From Lytechinus pictus (lineage: Eukaryota): a stretch of 64,000 nucleotides of DNA. The stretch covers positions 9,736,001 to 9,800,000 of the forward strand of contig NC_087252.1 of NCBI RefSeq assembly GCF_037042905.1. Direction: 5' to 3'. The translations under genes were made by a program, and so were the position numbers. The first letter of the stretch is position 1. Each line of letters begins with the position of its first letter. Below the pieces are notes generated by a model. It made no database searches. It worked only from the letters and a program-made list of their open reading frames with translations, and was not told where the DNA came from. This document shows positions 26,215 through 38,800 of the stretch, piece after piece.

Positions 26215-26840
26215 ATCCCTCTGTTTACCAGTTTCTTGATGGTGACGTGACGTTTCCGTTTCCTTTATTCTTACAGATCATGAAGAATAGCTTTGAGATC
26301 GTTACCACAGAGGAGATTAACGGTGTAGGTTCTTCTATCCCTCTACCAGTTTAATGGTGATGTGGCGTCCCTATCTCCTTTATTCTAACAAACCCTGATG
26401 GATGGCACCGAGATCTTTACTGGGAAGGAGTTTAGTGGTGGAAGTTCTTCTGTCTTTCTGCCAGTTTCTTGATGGTGACTCAACGCCCCATTTCCTTGAT
26501 CCTTACAAATCTTGATAGAGGCCATTGAGATCGTTACCTGGATGGAGTCTAGAGGTGGAGGCTCTTTTATCTATTGATCTACCATTTCTAACGGTGACGT
26601 AATGTCCCCATTTCGTTGATCCTTACAAACCTCTACAAGTAAACCTTGAATTGTCCAGTGGTGGAGGGTACGCTGACTAATGTCACTTGACTAGTTTCTT
26701 CATTGCGATGCGACGTCCCCACTTCCTTGATCTCAGTCACGAACCCTGAAAGTACCGTGAAGGTAGATCGCTACTGGAAAGAATCTAGTGGTGGAGACTC
26801 TTTTGTCTCTCTACCAGTTTCTTGATGGTGACGTGTCGCG
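26215..26840 (-). repeat. Degenerate ~117-bp tandem repeat (~6 units) overlapping the EURL stop codon and 3' UTR
   Basis: An accagtttcttgatggtgacgtg-like core recurs at ~26228, 26345, 26460, 26581, 26690, 26814. Confidence 0.75.
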
Positions 26841-29800
26841 ATGCAACCTCACTGCTCAGAATATCTTTCTCCTGGAGATGCTGGACTAGCTGAGAGCAGG
26901 CATCTGAAAGAATAAGAATGATAATAAATAATAATACATAACATTAATAAGGCACTTACTACGGGTGTTTCTAAGCGCACTGTGTTCTCTTTATGGTTTA
27001 TACTTGGGGGGAAAAATTAATACAACTATATATCACCATAAAGAAACTGGTAACGTGACATTAGACTCTCCAGCACTTGACATTTTCAAGGTGTCGATAT
27101 GACTCGGTTTACTGATCAGGGTTTGTAAGGAACAACAAAATGGGGACCTTATGTTTTATTCTTTTTTTTTCATTTATTGATCCTCTCATCTTACTCAAAA
27201 TTTCTGGGCTGATTCTCTCTTTAGGTTTCGGTTTCCCTTAACGTCTCACATCTTTTTACCACCTATTTGCACTTCTATGACATGTTGTGTATTTCCCCCC
27301 TCTATTTAACTGTATGTAAAAGCGCCATTTTTTTTAATGTGCGAATAAAACTGGTGTGCACCTCCAATTGACTGACCCACAACTGTGAATCATCTATAAA
27401 ACAGGTAGGTTTTGAATAGGATCTTGAACTGACTAACAGCCTTGGCATTATGAATGTACGAGGGTAGCTTATTCCAAAGAAATGGGGCAATTGAAGAAAA
27501 AGGGGAGCAGTTGATGAGATAAAGTCAGTGATTTTGAAAGACTATTGGTCAATTCCATTGTGACTTATGGGACATTTGATACTTTTTTCCAGGTAACTGA
27601 AGTGCATATCTGGAATAGTAGCTGCACAAACATGGATTTACTTTATTAAACTGTAAGAAGAATGCTGAAACTTACTATATACAAAAATGTATGCTTTCAG
27701 CTTGGTTTCATAGGGTGCTAGATCTTCAGAAATGTCACTGTGACTTATGGGACGTCGGTGGACCACACAAATTGAGCTATTTTGTTCAAAGTGCCATAAC
27801 TATCTCAGTTTTATTACAATGTTTTTAGATTTGGGCTTGGAGATTAACCAGTGATAGGGCTCACTAACAGTACTTGAATTGGACTTGATTCATTTCATTT
27901 GTTTCAGTAGTTGTGTGCAATCGTGTGTGACTTATGGGACAAGTGAATGTGACTGATGGGACCCTATCTCATTTCATGGAATTTACATTTCCTCTCAATG
28001 ACTTTTTAAGTCAAACTTAATTTCAGCATGAAAAAATATTCCCTAATAAGATGACACCTTTAATAATTCATGCCATTGTGTCAGAAATAAATTCAACAAA
28101 GGGCAGAAACATCTTTTCATGCACTTCATGTATATAAAGGGAACATGAACCCCCCCCCAAAAAAAAAGCTTCTTAACTTGTCAGCAGGCTTTAAGAACTG
28201 TAATCAAACAAGTACAAAATAATCAATAAACAATTACAATCATAAATATTTAGCAAAGAAATGAACAATGAACAATTAGAATAAGAATGTACACACTTTC
28301 CATTGTGACTGATGGGACATAATTATAGGACATAATTGTTACAGATGGGACAAATAAATGTTGCTTTTCTCTATCCGTCTCGTACAGTATGGTAAGAAAG
28401 TTACCTTTTCAGTGTGTTACATGTAAGCAAATTAACACATTATTACTGCCATGAAGCATATCAATATTCTCTTTAATATATTCTCTTTCGTGTCAAATGC
28501 TGATATTTTTCATTAGTTGTTGATGTTTATGATAAAACAGAAATCAGTGAACATGCAAATTTTTGCCAAAAACATGAAAATTTTGGCATAAATTCTTACA
28601 TTTTTTAAAAATTATTAACTGAACTGTCTAGAAACAATTGCAATTGATTTCTACTATCTATACTTGTATAGTAAAAAGCGTATTCATTTACATGGAAGAT
28701 TTTACCATTGTCTGTGCAAAAAATATGAAAATAATTGATTTTCATTAAAATCAAAGATGGCCGCCAAAAATTGCCAATTTGGAACCCCATGGGACACGGT
28801 TTGGCAAAGGGAACACCAAGATTCATTAACTATACACTTCAGGCAATACAAAAAAGTTGGTTAAAAAATATATCATGGGGGTGCATGTGAACCCTATCAC
28901 AAATTCTTTTTTGCGAGCTGCTTGGGTTGATATGTCATCTCTTTCATAGAAATTCAGAATGCCTGTAAGGACATCATCATTTATAGAGTACTGAAGCAAT
29001 GACGTCAGTTGCCATGGTGTCATGGCGGCCTGGTTCTAAACAAAAGAACCCGAGGGCCATAGTGTCATGGCGGCCTGGTTCTAAACAAAATAACCCGGGG
29101 GCTGTTTCATAAACCTGTTCGTAAGTTAGGAACAACTTTAAGAACTGGTGATCATTTCTTTATACACGCTAAAACATTGTCAATTCATGATAACATTTAC
29201 CACAAGGATCACCAGTCGTTCTTAAAGTCGCTCTTAAGTTACGAATAGCTTTATGAAACGGTGCCCTGTCATAACTGTCAGAATGATGGTAACAACCAGG
29301 GACAACACACATCACCATTTTTGCAAATACAAATGTGTATAGACGATTGTGCAGCTGCGACTCAGTTTAGAACCGGCCGATTCGATGTCATGACATCGTG
29401 ACGTCACACTTCGGTACTCTATATGCGCATGTTCCTTTCTATTGACAGGCGGCAGGAATGATTCTGAGAAAACTTGATTGCAAGCTTCTGAACAACTTTT
29501 TGGCATTTACAGGGGCTGGTAGGGAGTGCTGTATGTGCCTTTTTAACAGCTCTGTTCATGGTAGCCTTATGCATCTGAGGACTGGTGCTCTTATTTTGAC
29601 AGGATCCAGAGGGTCCCTCAACTACAAAATTTGTGACTGATGGGACATTGCAATAGGTCGAGTTTCCACGGGACTATATACCAAGTTCACATCATATGTA
29701 AAACAGTGGATGCATACTCTAAGGGACAAGAAAACCAAGAGATTGATCTGGACCTAAAAAATGAATAAAAGCTAGGGTGAAACAAACCCAATTCACCTGT

Positions 29801-32800
29801 ACTCAGCTTTGCATTTTAGCGATCATATTCAGTTTTCTCCTTCTTTCTGGGCTGTGCACACATTGCAAGTTTTTTTTTGTTCCCATGCACTGCCTATGAT
29901 ATTCTGACTGTTTTTTTCTGACAGTTAGCAGACTGCTCTCCAGCTTTGAAGCATTCTTGTCTCTCTCTTTGCTGTCATGGACAGCTTTAACTTGGCATGG
30001 TTTACGAACTGTATATGTGACTTATGGGACTTGTGACTTATGGGACTTAAATGTATGTCCCCCCAGTAGAGCTATTTCAAGTCCAATGCAGATGCAGCTT
30101 GATTTGTTGATGCAAGCATGTACTGTAGTAGATAAAAAAGTCCAATGCTTGTCTGCAGGAGTCTATGGCAGCATATGAGGTAAACTTAATGCTCAAAACT
30201 GTGACTTATGGGACATCGAATATACACACATTGAAAAGTATTTTGTGCCTCACCGTTTCACTGCAGCATGTAAAACAATACAGCTAATGGTAAATTACTG
30301 CTTGGAGGTCACATGGACAGTGGAATTTTTCATCAGCACCCTTTGCATGCCAGGAGCCAGAGATGGGTGAAAGTTGTACACTTTCTATGAAATCTTAGTA
30401 CCAAAGTGCAACAGAGTGCACATTGTGTATTTTAGGAATGAATCAGGGTATAGTAAATATAAATGTGCTTTTGTAAACCTTAAACTGTATACTTATAAAC
30501 AGTATAAACAAAATTGCTCAGAAAAGACATTTTTTTAAATGGAAAAATGCAACTTTTGGCTGGAATTGACCTATTGTTAAGTATAAGCAGCTCCTGAAAT
30601 CCTTGCATGTGATTGGCTCAGACCAAACTTGTCACTGGATATCAGTGACTATTTGTTCTATGAAAAAGTCCCCCTGTCTTACATGCTTAAGTCATCACAA
30701 AAAGCAGAGCAAATTTTAACCCTTAACCCTAATTCTCCCGGGGGGGGGGGGGGGCATAATTGCCCCCCCCTTGACAATTTTCGCAATATATCTGCTGCGC
30801 GAAATTTTTTTGACCTCGCCACTCACTGACTTATTACTTTCAAGTCTCGCGCAAATTTTGAGACCAAATTTGTGATGCCCGGGTACGCGGTTACGACATT
30901 ACGCAACATTATGTAAGTGCATGTCAGACCCAAAATTGCTCATAAACGTGATTTCATGTACAAATCCAATGCAAATTGTGTATCATTATTTCTACTTTTA
31001 CTGATTAAACTTAATTAATTTTGCCTTTTATATGATCAGAATTAAGTCTGGTACGATTTCCATTGAAAAAACAATAAAAAACAAAAAGTAAAAAAACTAA
31101 GAAATACATAAGAAATTCATAAAACAATACAATACATAAGAATTTATTTCCAAGTTTTTTTTAATTGCGATTGTTAAGAATGCTACAAAGAATATTTTTA
31201 CCAAAAATAAGCATTCTAGGAGCTTTATTTAGTGAATTAGAGCAAAAAGTATGATTTATGCATAAATTAGCATAATTAATTCATATAAAATAAAATCTCA
31301 TTATTTTGGAAAATTTTATCATACAGCCTTGTAGATTACATCATACACTACCAACGTGCAAATTTTTGCGTCGCTCGCACGATCGGCGGCCGAGATCTTA
31401 AGGGGGGGCCATAAGAGTTGGGATTCGAACTCACAACCTTGCGATTATGAGTCCAATGCTCTAACCACTGGACCACACGACATAACCCCTTGGTTATAAT
31501 GACTGAAAAGTTTCTATAACAGATTTTCTATCAGCCAATGAGATTGAAGGATTTCAGGAGACTGTTATTGCAAATTATTTTATGAAACGGATCCCAGATG
31601 AGGCAAGGAGAACGTAGAAAACAAATTACACAATTTTTATTGTGACGGCAGCAAAACTTGACTAAATTCTATTTGATTGCATTTATAGAATACCTATTAA
31701 ATAAGATCTCTGCTCCCCAAACTTTCACTTCAGTGCATATTGGGCGTGATTCTTAGTAAAATATGTGAAAGTTATACAAATCATTAGTTTGTGAACTTTA
31801 ATAGCTTTATACAGCAAATAAATCTTTGTTTATACTGCTTTTTGAACAAACCTTTTCTCAATCAAATAGGATACTTTTTAATTCAGATTCATGACAATAA
31901 TTGTTTTTGATGATTATTACCAGTCGAAGAATGTATTTTGTACATATGATATAGTAGGAAGGGATTGGTCAGGGATTTACCATGGGAGGGGGGTTCTGGC
32001 AAGCACTGAAGCACAACAAAAACTAAGAAAAAAGTACACACAAGGGGGGGGGGGGGCCCTTCATATCCATTTTGCCTATACCCCCCCCCCCCCATCTGTC
32101 CATTGTTGGGGAAAGTTCTCCTTACCATTAACTGCATGCTGTAACATCTCTGTGTGACTTCTCAGCTCAGCCATTTCCAATGTGGGTACTGAAATTAAAA
32201 TCAATATGAACAAATAATATAGACCTGTAACTTTTTCTATTTCAGAGCTTAATAAAATGGCCAAATCTAGAGAAGTTTTTGTTGTAGTTAGACTTTCATT
32301 CAAGAGTGGTGGAAAGCTGATGACAATGATGCGCTGCATAAGTCCCTTGAAGAAATAACCAAAAAATTGTTTTTATCAAATACTAACAAAGCAAAGCTCA
32401 CAATGGTTTACTTTTTAAAAATAAAATCATAAACTATTAATTCAATGATAGATAATTTTCACTTTTTATAAAAATCCTGAAAAATTTATTTACATTACAA
32501 ATGGGGACCTGGCAGGAATTTATTTCTAGAAAAACAGAATGTGTGACAGCTTCTCTGCTAAAACCAGAGAAATCATGCAGCATTTATTGTGGAGAGCCGA
32601 GAGCGTTCAGGGGCCCGTTCATTAAGGACTTGCAACTGTTCTAACTTTGCCATTATGGCAACTACCATGGTAACCTTGATTCTGATTGGCTGCTGAGCCC
32701 TGTTACCATGGTAGTTGCCATTATGGCAAAGTTACAACAGTTGCAAGTCCTTTATGAAACGGGCCCCAGATATTTTAAGTGCGTTGTAAGCAAAAATTAA

Positions 32801-35800
32801 TATATTATCTAATAAAGGAAAATAACTTACAGGCTTCTTTGCCAATATGTTTGACATTTCTCCAGGTTTCTTTCTCATCAGATGGAAGACCATTCCTGTT
32901 CCCCTCCTTTACCGAATGATGGCTGTCAATATCTCCCTCTGAACTACTACACCTCTTTTCTTCATGTCCATTAATAGTTCTGGAATGCCTGCAGGTTTCA
33001 GCCTCTTGGGGATCTACAAGACTATGAGGTTTTTCATCATGGATGGACAGACATGACATTGTCTTCATCAAATACTGATCATGGTTGCTTTGGCAAGAGT
33101 TAGGACGGTTACTTTCCGGTTGGCAAGAGGCTTGCTTGATAGAAAGGTCTCTATCATTTTGTTCATGGTTAACTGTTGCTGCAGGCACTTTGATAGGACC
33201 TTGTGGCCCATCCTGGATAGGTCCAGGGCTACCCTCAGGCACTTTAACACTTTGTCCATTGTCTCCTTCGCGTTTCCCGAACAAGTACTTGGTGTAGCTG
33301 CGACGCAACTCATGGGCAGACGATTCCAAGAAAGGCTCGCTCCTGCATCGCTCTGTGTCTTTTAGCTTCCCGATCTGCCTCACACCGGAAAACTGAGGAC
33401 TGCCGCTTCGTGAGCCAGGATTGCTCTTGCTCACCCGGTTACGAATATTCTCAAGAAGAAGCTCATTGCCAAGGTTGTTACAATTGAAGTTCAGCCACTG
33501 TGTGCTCCTGATACTGTCAGTCTGCGTATTGGAATTTAAAAAAATGTGAAAGAAGAAAGTAAATTTAACGGACTACCGTACAGATGTTGTATTTCTGCTT
33601 CCAATGCATCTCTTTTGTTACTTCATCCCTTTTTGTAGAGTACTCAAGCAAAACTAGTACATGTAGCATCAAGGCCTCCTGACGTTCTGTGCATCATTTC
33701 ACAGAAACATATTTTGTACACACTATAATGCTTGTTTCGATGATCGAAACTATTTATTTGTTGCAGATACCATAATATATGTTTATAGGTAAAAATCGGT
33801 TTCAGCCTAAAATTTCAGCTTCGAAACATGTCATAAAACATCGAGCAACAAGTTTCGACCGAATGCTTGAAATTTCTCCAAAGTAGCAGATTCCGTCTAG
33901 GATGAAGCTTGTCCAACAAGTATTATGTAAAACAAAGTTCGTAGTTCCTGCCAAAGAAGTAAGTGTGCTTAGATATTGTTTTAAAAGGTTTTCTGAACCA
34001 ATTATCTAAAATGTGAAAATGAAAATGAAGAAAACCTTCACGTGGTTAAATGTTCATTTGCATAAATTTTGCATACTGTGAGGTCGCCGTATAGATAACA
34101 GAATGCGATATGTCTTGTATGAAAAAAAGGTATAAAATTCATTGTTTTATACTTGTCAAGGATAAGGAGAACGGAAAGAAATAATTGAGTTGAGGAGAAA
34201 TTATTTTGATGATAATTATTTTAGAAATAACATTAGTTTCTTTGGATATGTAAGCTACGTAGATTTGGGACATGAAAACAAAACTGAAGTTAGCACTAAA
34301 TTTGCATTGTTTATATAAAGCAATGAGTAGTAATGTCCAGGGTTTATGAAAGCTTATATATCTATGGAATATTATTGACAGAGATATTATAGAAGCATTT
34401 CAGATTCATAAAATAACTGTGTAGGCCTATTATGAATCAAACTAGACCAAAGCAATTTAATGTGGCTAGTCAAAGGAATTTAAGCAAACTTTTAAAGAGT
34501 TGTTTTGAGTAGGATTTACAATTTGTCAAGTGAAATATTTATACATAAATTCAAGTTGAATTTATTGTATTTTCCTGGAGATTTATTTTCCAGTGCAAAC
34601 ATCAAAAGGATTACTGATGTAGCTTTTTCTTGAATATTTGCTAGGAAAATAATGCAGATATTTCATGAAGATAATTATGATTACTACTGATAATTTTATG
34701 GTCCTTTTGCAAGTTAAGATAGAGCTGTCAAAAGTCAATAATCACACAAAGAGACATGGTTTGATGTTTTATTCAGGTTCATCATTTATTTTGAGAAAGT
34801 ACTATTCAAAGTGTGATTTAATCTAGACAAAATAGTCTAATTTCCGGTTCAATTGTTTGTTCTTTACAGATTGAATTTTTGTTCTTCATAAACCATAAAC
34901 CATATTCAATTTCTGGTGGAATTTCGCTGAGTTGTTACTACGATGGCGGAGGACAAGAAGTCGCTGAAACTCAAGAGAAGGGGAGCGAAAGCCAGGCTCA
35001 CCAGACACAGTAACGGTCTTCAGATTTTGCTTAATAATAACAGAGAAGTGCCAGAAATTCAGTCTGCATATAGCAAGTTTGAGCAAGCATATGGAGACCT
35101 ACAAGAAACCCATGAGAACTTTACTATGACTATTGATGATGATGCTGAGTTTGAGATAGAGGAACAGTGGATGGGTGATTGCCAGAAAGAATTCCTGAAA
35201 TTGCAGATAGAGGTTACAGATTACTGTTCTCAAACCAGCTCAGGAGTCAAGACGCCAACAGAACAAGTACTACCACAGTCAGAGATGCCGCCAATGCAGG
35301 GAGGGTCTCCTATACCTCCAGAATCGACAATCTTGTATCCCCCTCCACTGCAAAACCCAGACACTTCTCCAGGTATGTCAGATGCTAGATGCAGTTTTAA
35401 GGTGGAGAAGCCGAAGTTACCCAAGTTTGCTGGAGATGTTCGGGACTATGAGATATTCAGATCAGACTTCGTTCACATGGTTGATTCGCGTTATGGAAAA
35501 CGTGATGCAATGACAATCCTGAGAAGCTGTCTCGTTGGCCGTGCACACGACTTAATCCAAGGCATAGGTCAGGATTATGATGCTGCCTGGGATCTATTAG
35601 ATTCCATGTATGGAGATGCTAGAATAGTTGCTGATACAATAATCAATGACCTGAGCAAATTCAAACCACTGAAAGAGAACGAAGACAACAAATTTTGTGA
35701 GTTTGTCAACCTTGTGAGAAGAAGCTATAACATCCTTAAGCTAGTTGGAAAGAAGGGTGACATGGACAACAGTCACATGTTAGCAACCATAGAGAGAAAA

Positions 35801-38800
35801 TTGTGCGCAGTTGATAGGAAGAATTGGTTTAGATACCAAGAATCAGAGAAGCAAGCTGCAAGCTTTGAAACTTTGTTGACATGGCTGAACCTGGAAATGA
35901 AAGCTAGGATGAGAGCTTCAGCACCATTGAGATCACAGATGCAAAGTGAAGGAAAGTCTGCAAATGTTCATCATTTGTCATACAAAGAAAAGAGCAAACC
36001 AGACCATAGTGATAGATACCATGCAGAGCAGCCACGAGACAGAGCTCAGAGACAACATCGCTGCTGGCATTGCAAGACTGATGAGCACTGGGTAGATCAG
36101 TGTAAGCGTATAATCTCCATGGCTGCCCCAGAAAGACTGAAGTTCTTCAAGGAAAATAGATGCTGCTTTAGCTGCCTAAAGAAAGCAGGGAAAAACCACT
36201 ACATGGCAAACTGTAGGAGAAGGCAGAAATGTTCAGAGCAAGGGTGCACTTACTATCACCATCCTTTGTTGCACTTTGAAGCGAGTCAACAGATGGAAAA
36301 TGAGAGCAGTAAAAATGACATTAACGTTGCGACTACAGTTGGAGCATCGTTGCTGCCAATCTTATCCATAGACATTGACAGTGATACCAGAGCAAATGTC
36401 CTGTTAGATAGCGGCTCACAAGTTAGTTTGATAAAAAATTCACTCGCCGAGAGACTCCAGTTGAAAGGCACCAAAACGAGCATCACAATAAAAAAGCTTG
36501 GCGAAGATGAAGAAGAGTTAGAGACTTTCAGATATAGAGTGCCGATTAGAGAAGCAAACACAACCAAGAAACACCAGATTATTGAAGTTGTCGGTGTACC
36601 TTCAATAACAGAGGAAGAAGCTGTTAGTCTGAAAGACCTCAAAGATCAATTTGATATCCCTAACCTGAACAGAGATAGTGGACCAGTGGAGATCTTGATT
36701 GGAATAGATCATCCAAGATACATAGTAGGTGGTAAATTAAAGAAGAGAGGTAACTGCATAGCAAGAAAAACTCCATTAGGATGGGTAATCTTTGGTGCCA
36801 CAGAGAAGCGAACCATGTGTGTCAATGTCCTTCACGTAGCAGTTCAGAGTCCAGATTTGTCAGAATTTTGGCGAATGGAATCTCAAGGTGTAAGTTGTCA
36901 GTGCCAAGAGACTAAGTTAACCCTTGATGAACAGAAAGAGGAAGAGATCATCAGAGCTTCTTCACAGAAGAAAGGAAAGCAGTGGGAAATAGGTTATCCA
37001 TGGCAAAGGGATCCTAATGAACTCCCAGATAATAAGAGTCAAGCAGTGAAAATCCTTGAGTCAACTGAAAAAAGACTTTCTAGAAACCCAGAGCACGCAG
37101 AAGCTTACAACAAGCAAATCCATGAACTGGAAGAAATGGGGTTTGCTAAGAAACTCACAGCAGCAGACATCGAGAAGTATGAAGGACCAGTTCATTACAT
37201 ATCACATCATGCTATTGTAAGACCAGAAAAAAAGAGCACCCCTATCAGAATTGTTTTTAATTCTTCTGCATCTTACCAAGGTCATCGGTTAAATGAATAC
37301 TGGATGAAAGGTCCTGATCTCTTGAACAGTTTGGTCGGAGTGCTCCTGAGATTCAGGGAAAATGAAGTGGCCTTATGTGGGGATATCTCTAAGATGTACC
37401 ATCGTGTGTCAATCCCAGAGATAGATCAACATGTCCATAGGTTCTTATGGAGAGACCTGGATGGGAACAGAGAACCTGATGTCTACATGATGAAGGTTGT
37501 CACTTTCGGTGACAAACCAGCCCCAGCAATCGCCCAGACTGCTCTGAAGCTTACAGCAGAACAAGGAGAGTGTACACATCCTCATGCTGCTTCTGTTTTG
37601 AAAAGGAATGTGTATATGGATGACATTTGCGACTCTGTACAGACTGTAGATGAAGCCAGGAAACTAAGTGCAGAGATAGATGAAGTGTTAAATGACGGAG
37701 GCTTCAAAGTCAAAGGGTGGATTTCCAATGAATCTGATGTGGGAGACCTCACCCAAGGAAAGATGAAATTACTAGATGACATAGCTGAGGAGAAGGTCCT
37801 AGGAGTAGTTTGGGACAGAGAAAATGACACCTTCTCATACAAAGTAAAGCTGAGAGACAGTGTACTGAATTCAAGAATAGATGGAGAGTGTCAAGAAAGA
37901 TTAACTAAGAGGAAAATCCTCTGTCAAATCGCCCACATATTTGATCCCATAGGATTTGCTGCCCCAGTGATTGTTAGAGCCAAGATAGGGATGCAGAAAT
38001 TGTGGCAAAGAGGCTACAACTGGGACGACCCTCTTACTGAAAAGGAAGATGCGGACTGGAGGCTTCTGTTCGAGGAAATGAAAGGATTGAATGAAGTATC
38101 TCTCGAAAGATGTCTAACACCTCCTGAAGCTCAAGGTAAACCAGTGTTGTGCATTTTCTCTGATGCATCAGAAAATGCATACGGTGCATGTGCATATCTA
38201 AGGTGGCAAACCGGAGATGGCAAGTTCGAGACTCGCTTTGTTGCATCCAAGTCAAAGGTAGCACCATTAAAGACATTGACAATACCCAGATTGGAGCTAC
38301 AAGCCGCCGTATTAGCTGCCAGACTGTACAAGTCGATCACTGAAGAGATGAGATTAGAGGTTGAGAAAGTGATGCTCTTCACCGACAGCATGATAACTCT
38401 ACAGTGGATCAAGTCTTCGGCCAGGATATATAAGCCTTTTGTGTCAAGCAGAATAGGGGAGATTCAGACTCTCACTGAACCCTCAAGCTGGAAACATATA
38501 CCTGGTGAAGATAACCCAGCAGACAAAGTGTCAAGAGGAATTGCAGTAAACGACCTTATGAATGAATGGAAGTGCGGTCCTAGATTCCTGCATCTTGACG
38601 AAACAGAGTGGCCAGTAGACAAGGTGAATATTGATCAGAGTCTTGAGAATCTAGAGAGACGAAAGACGAATCAGAAGGTATTAGTTGTCAAAATGTCAGT
38701 TGCCCCCATCGAATCTGAACGTTTCTCAAGTTGGCGAAAGTTAGTAAGAGTGACTGCCTACGTTTTCAGATTTGTGCGGATTCTTAAGTCAAAGCTCAAG

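Noticed and set aside
31414..31482. tRNA gene (also at 60618-60690)
   Set aside because: A and B boxes are present but the acceptor stem does not pair; the 60618 copy runs into a SINE body.
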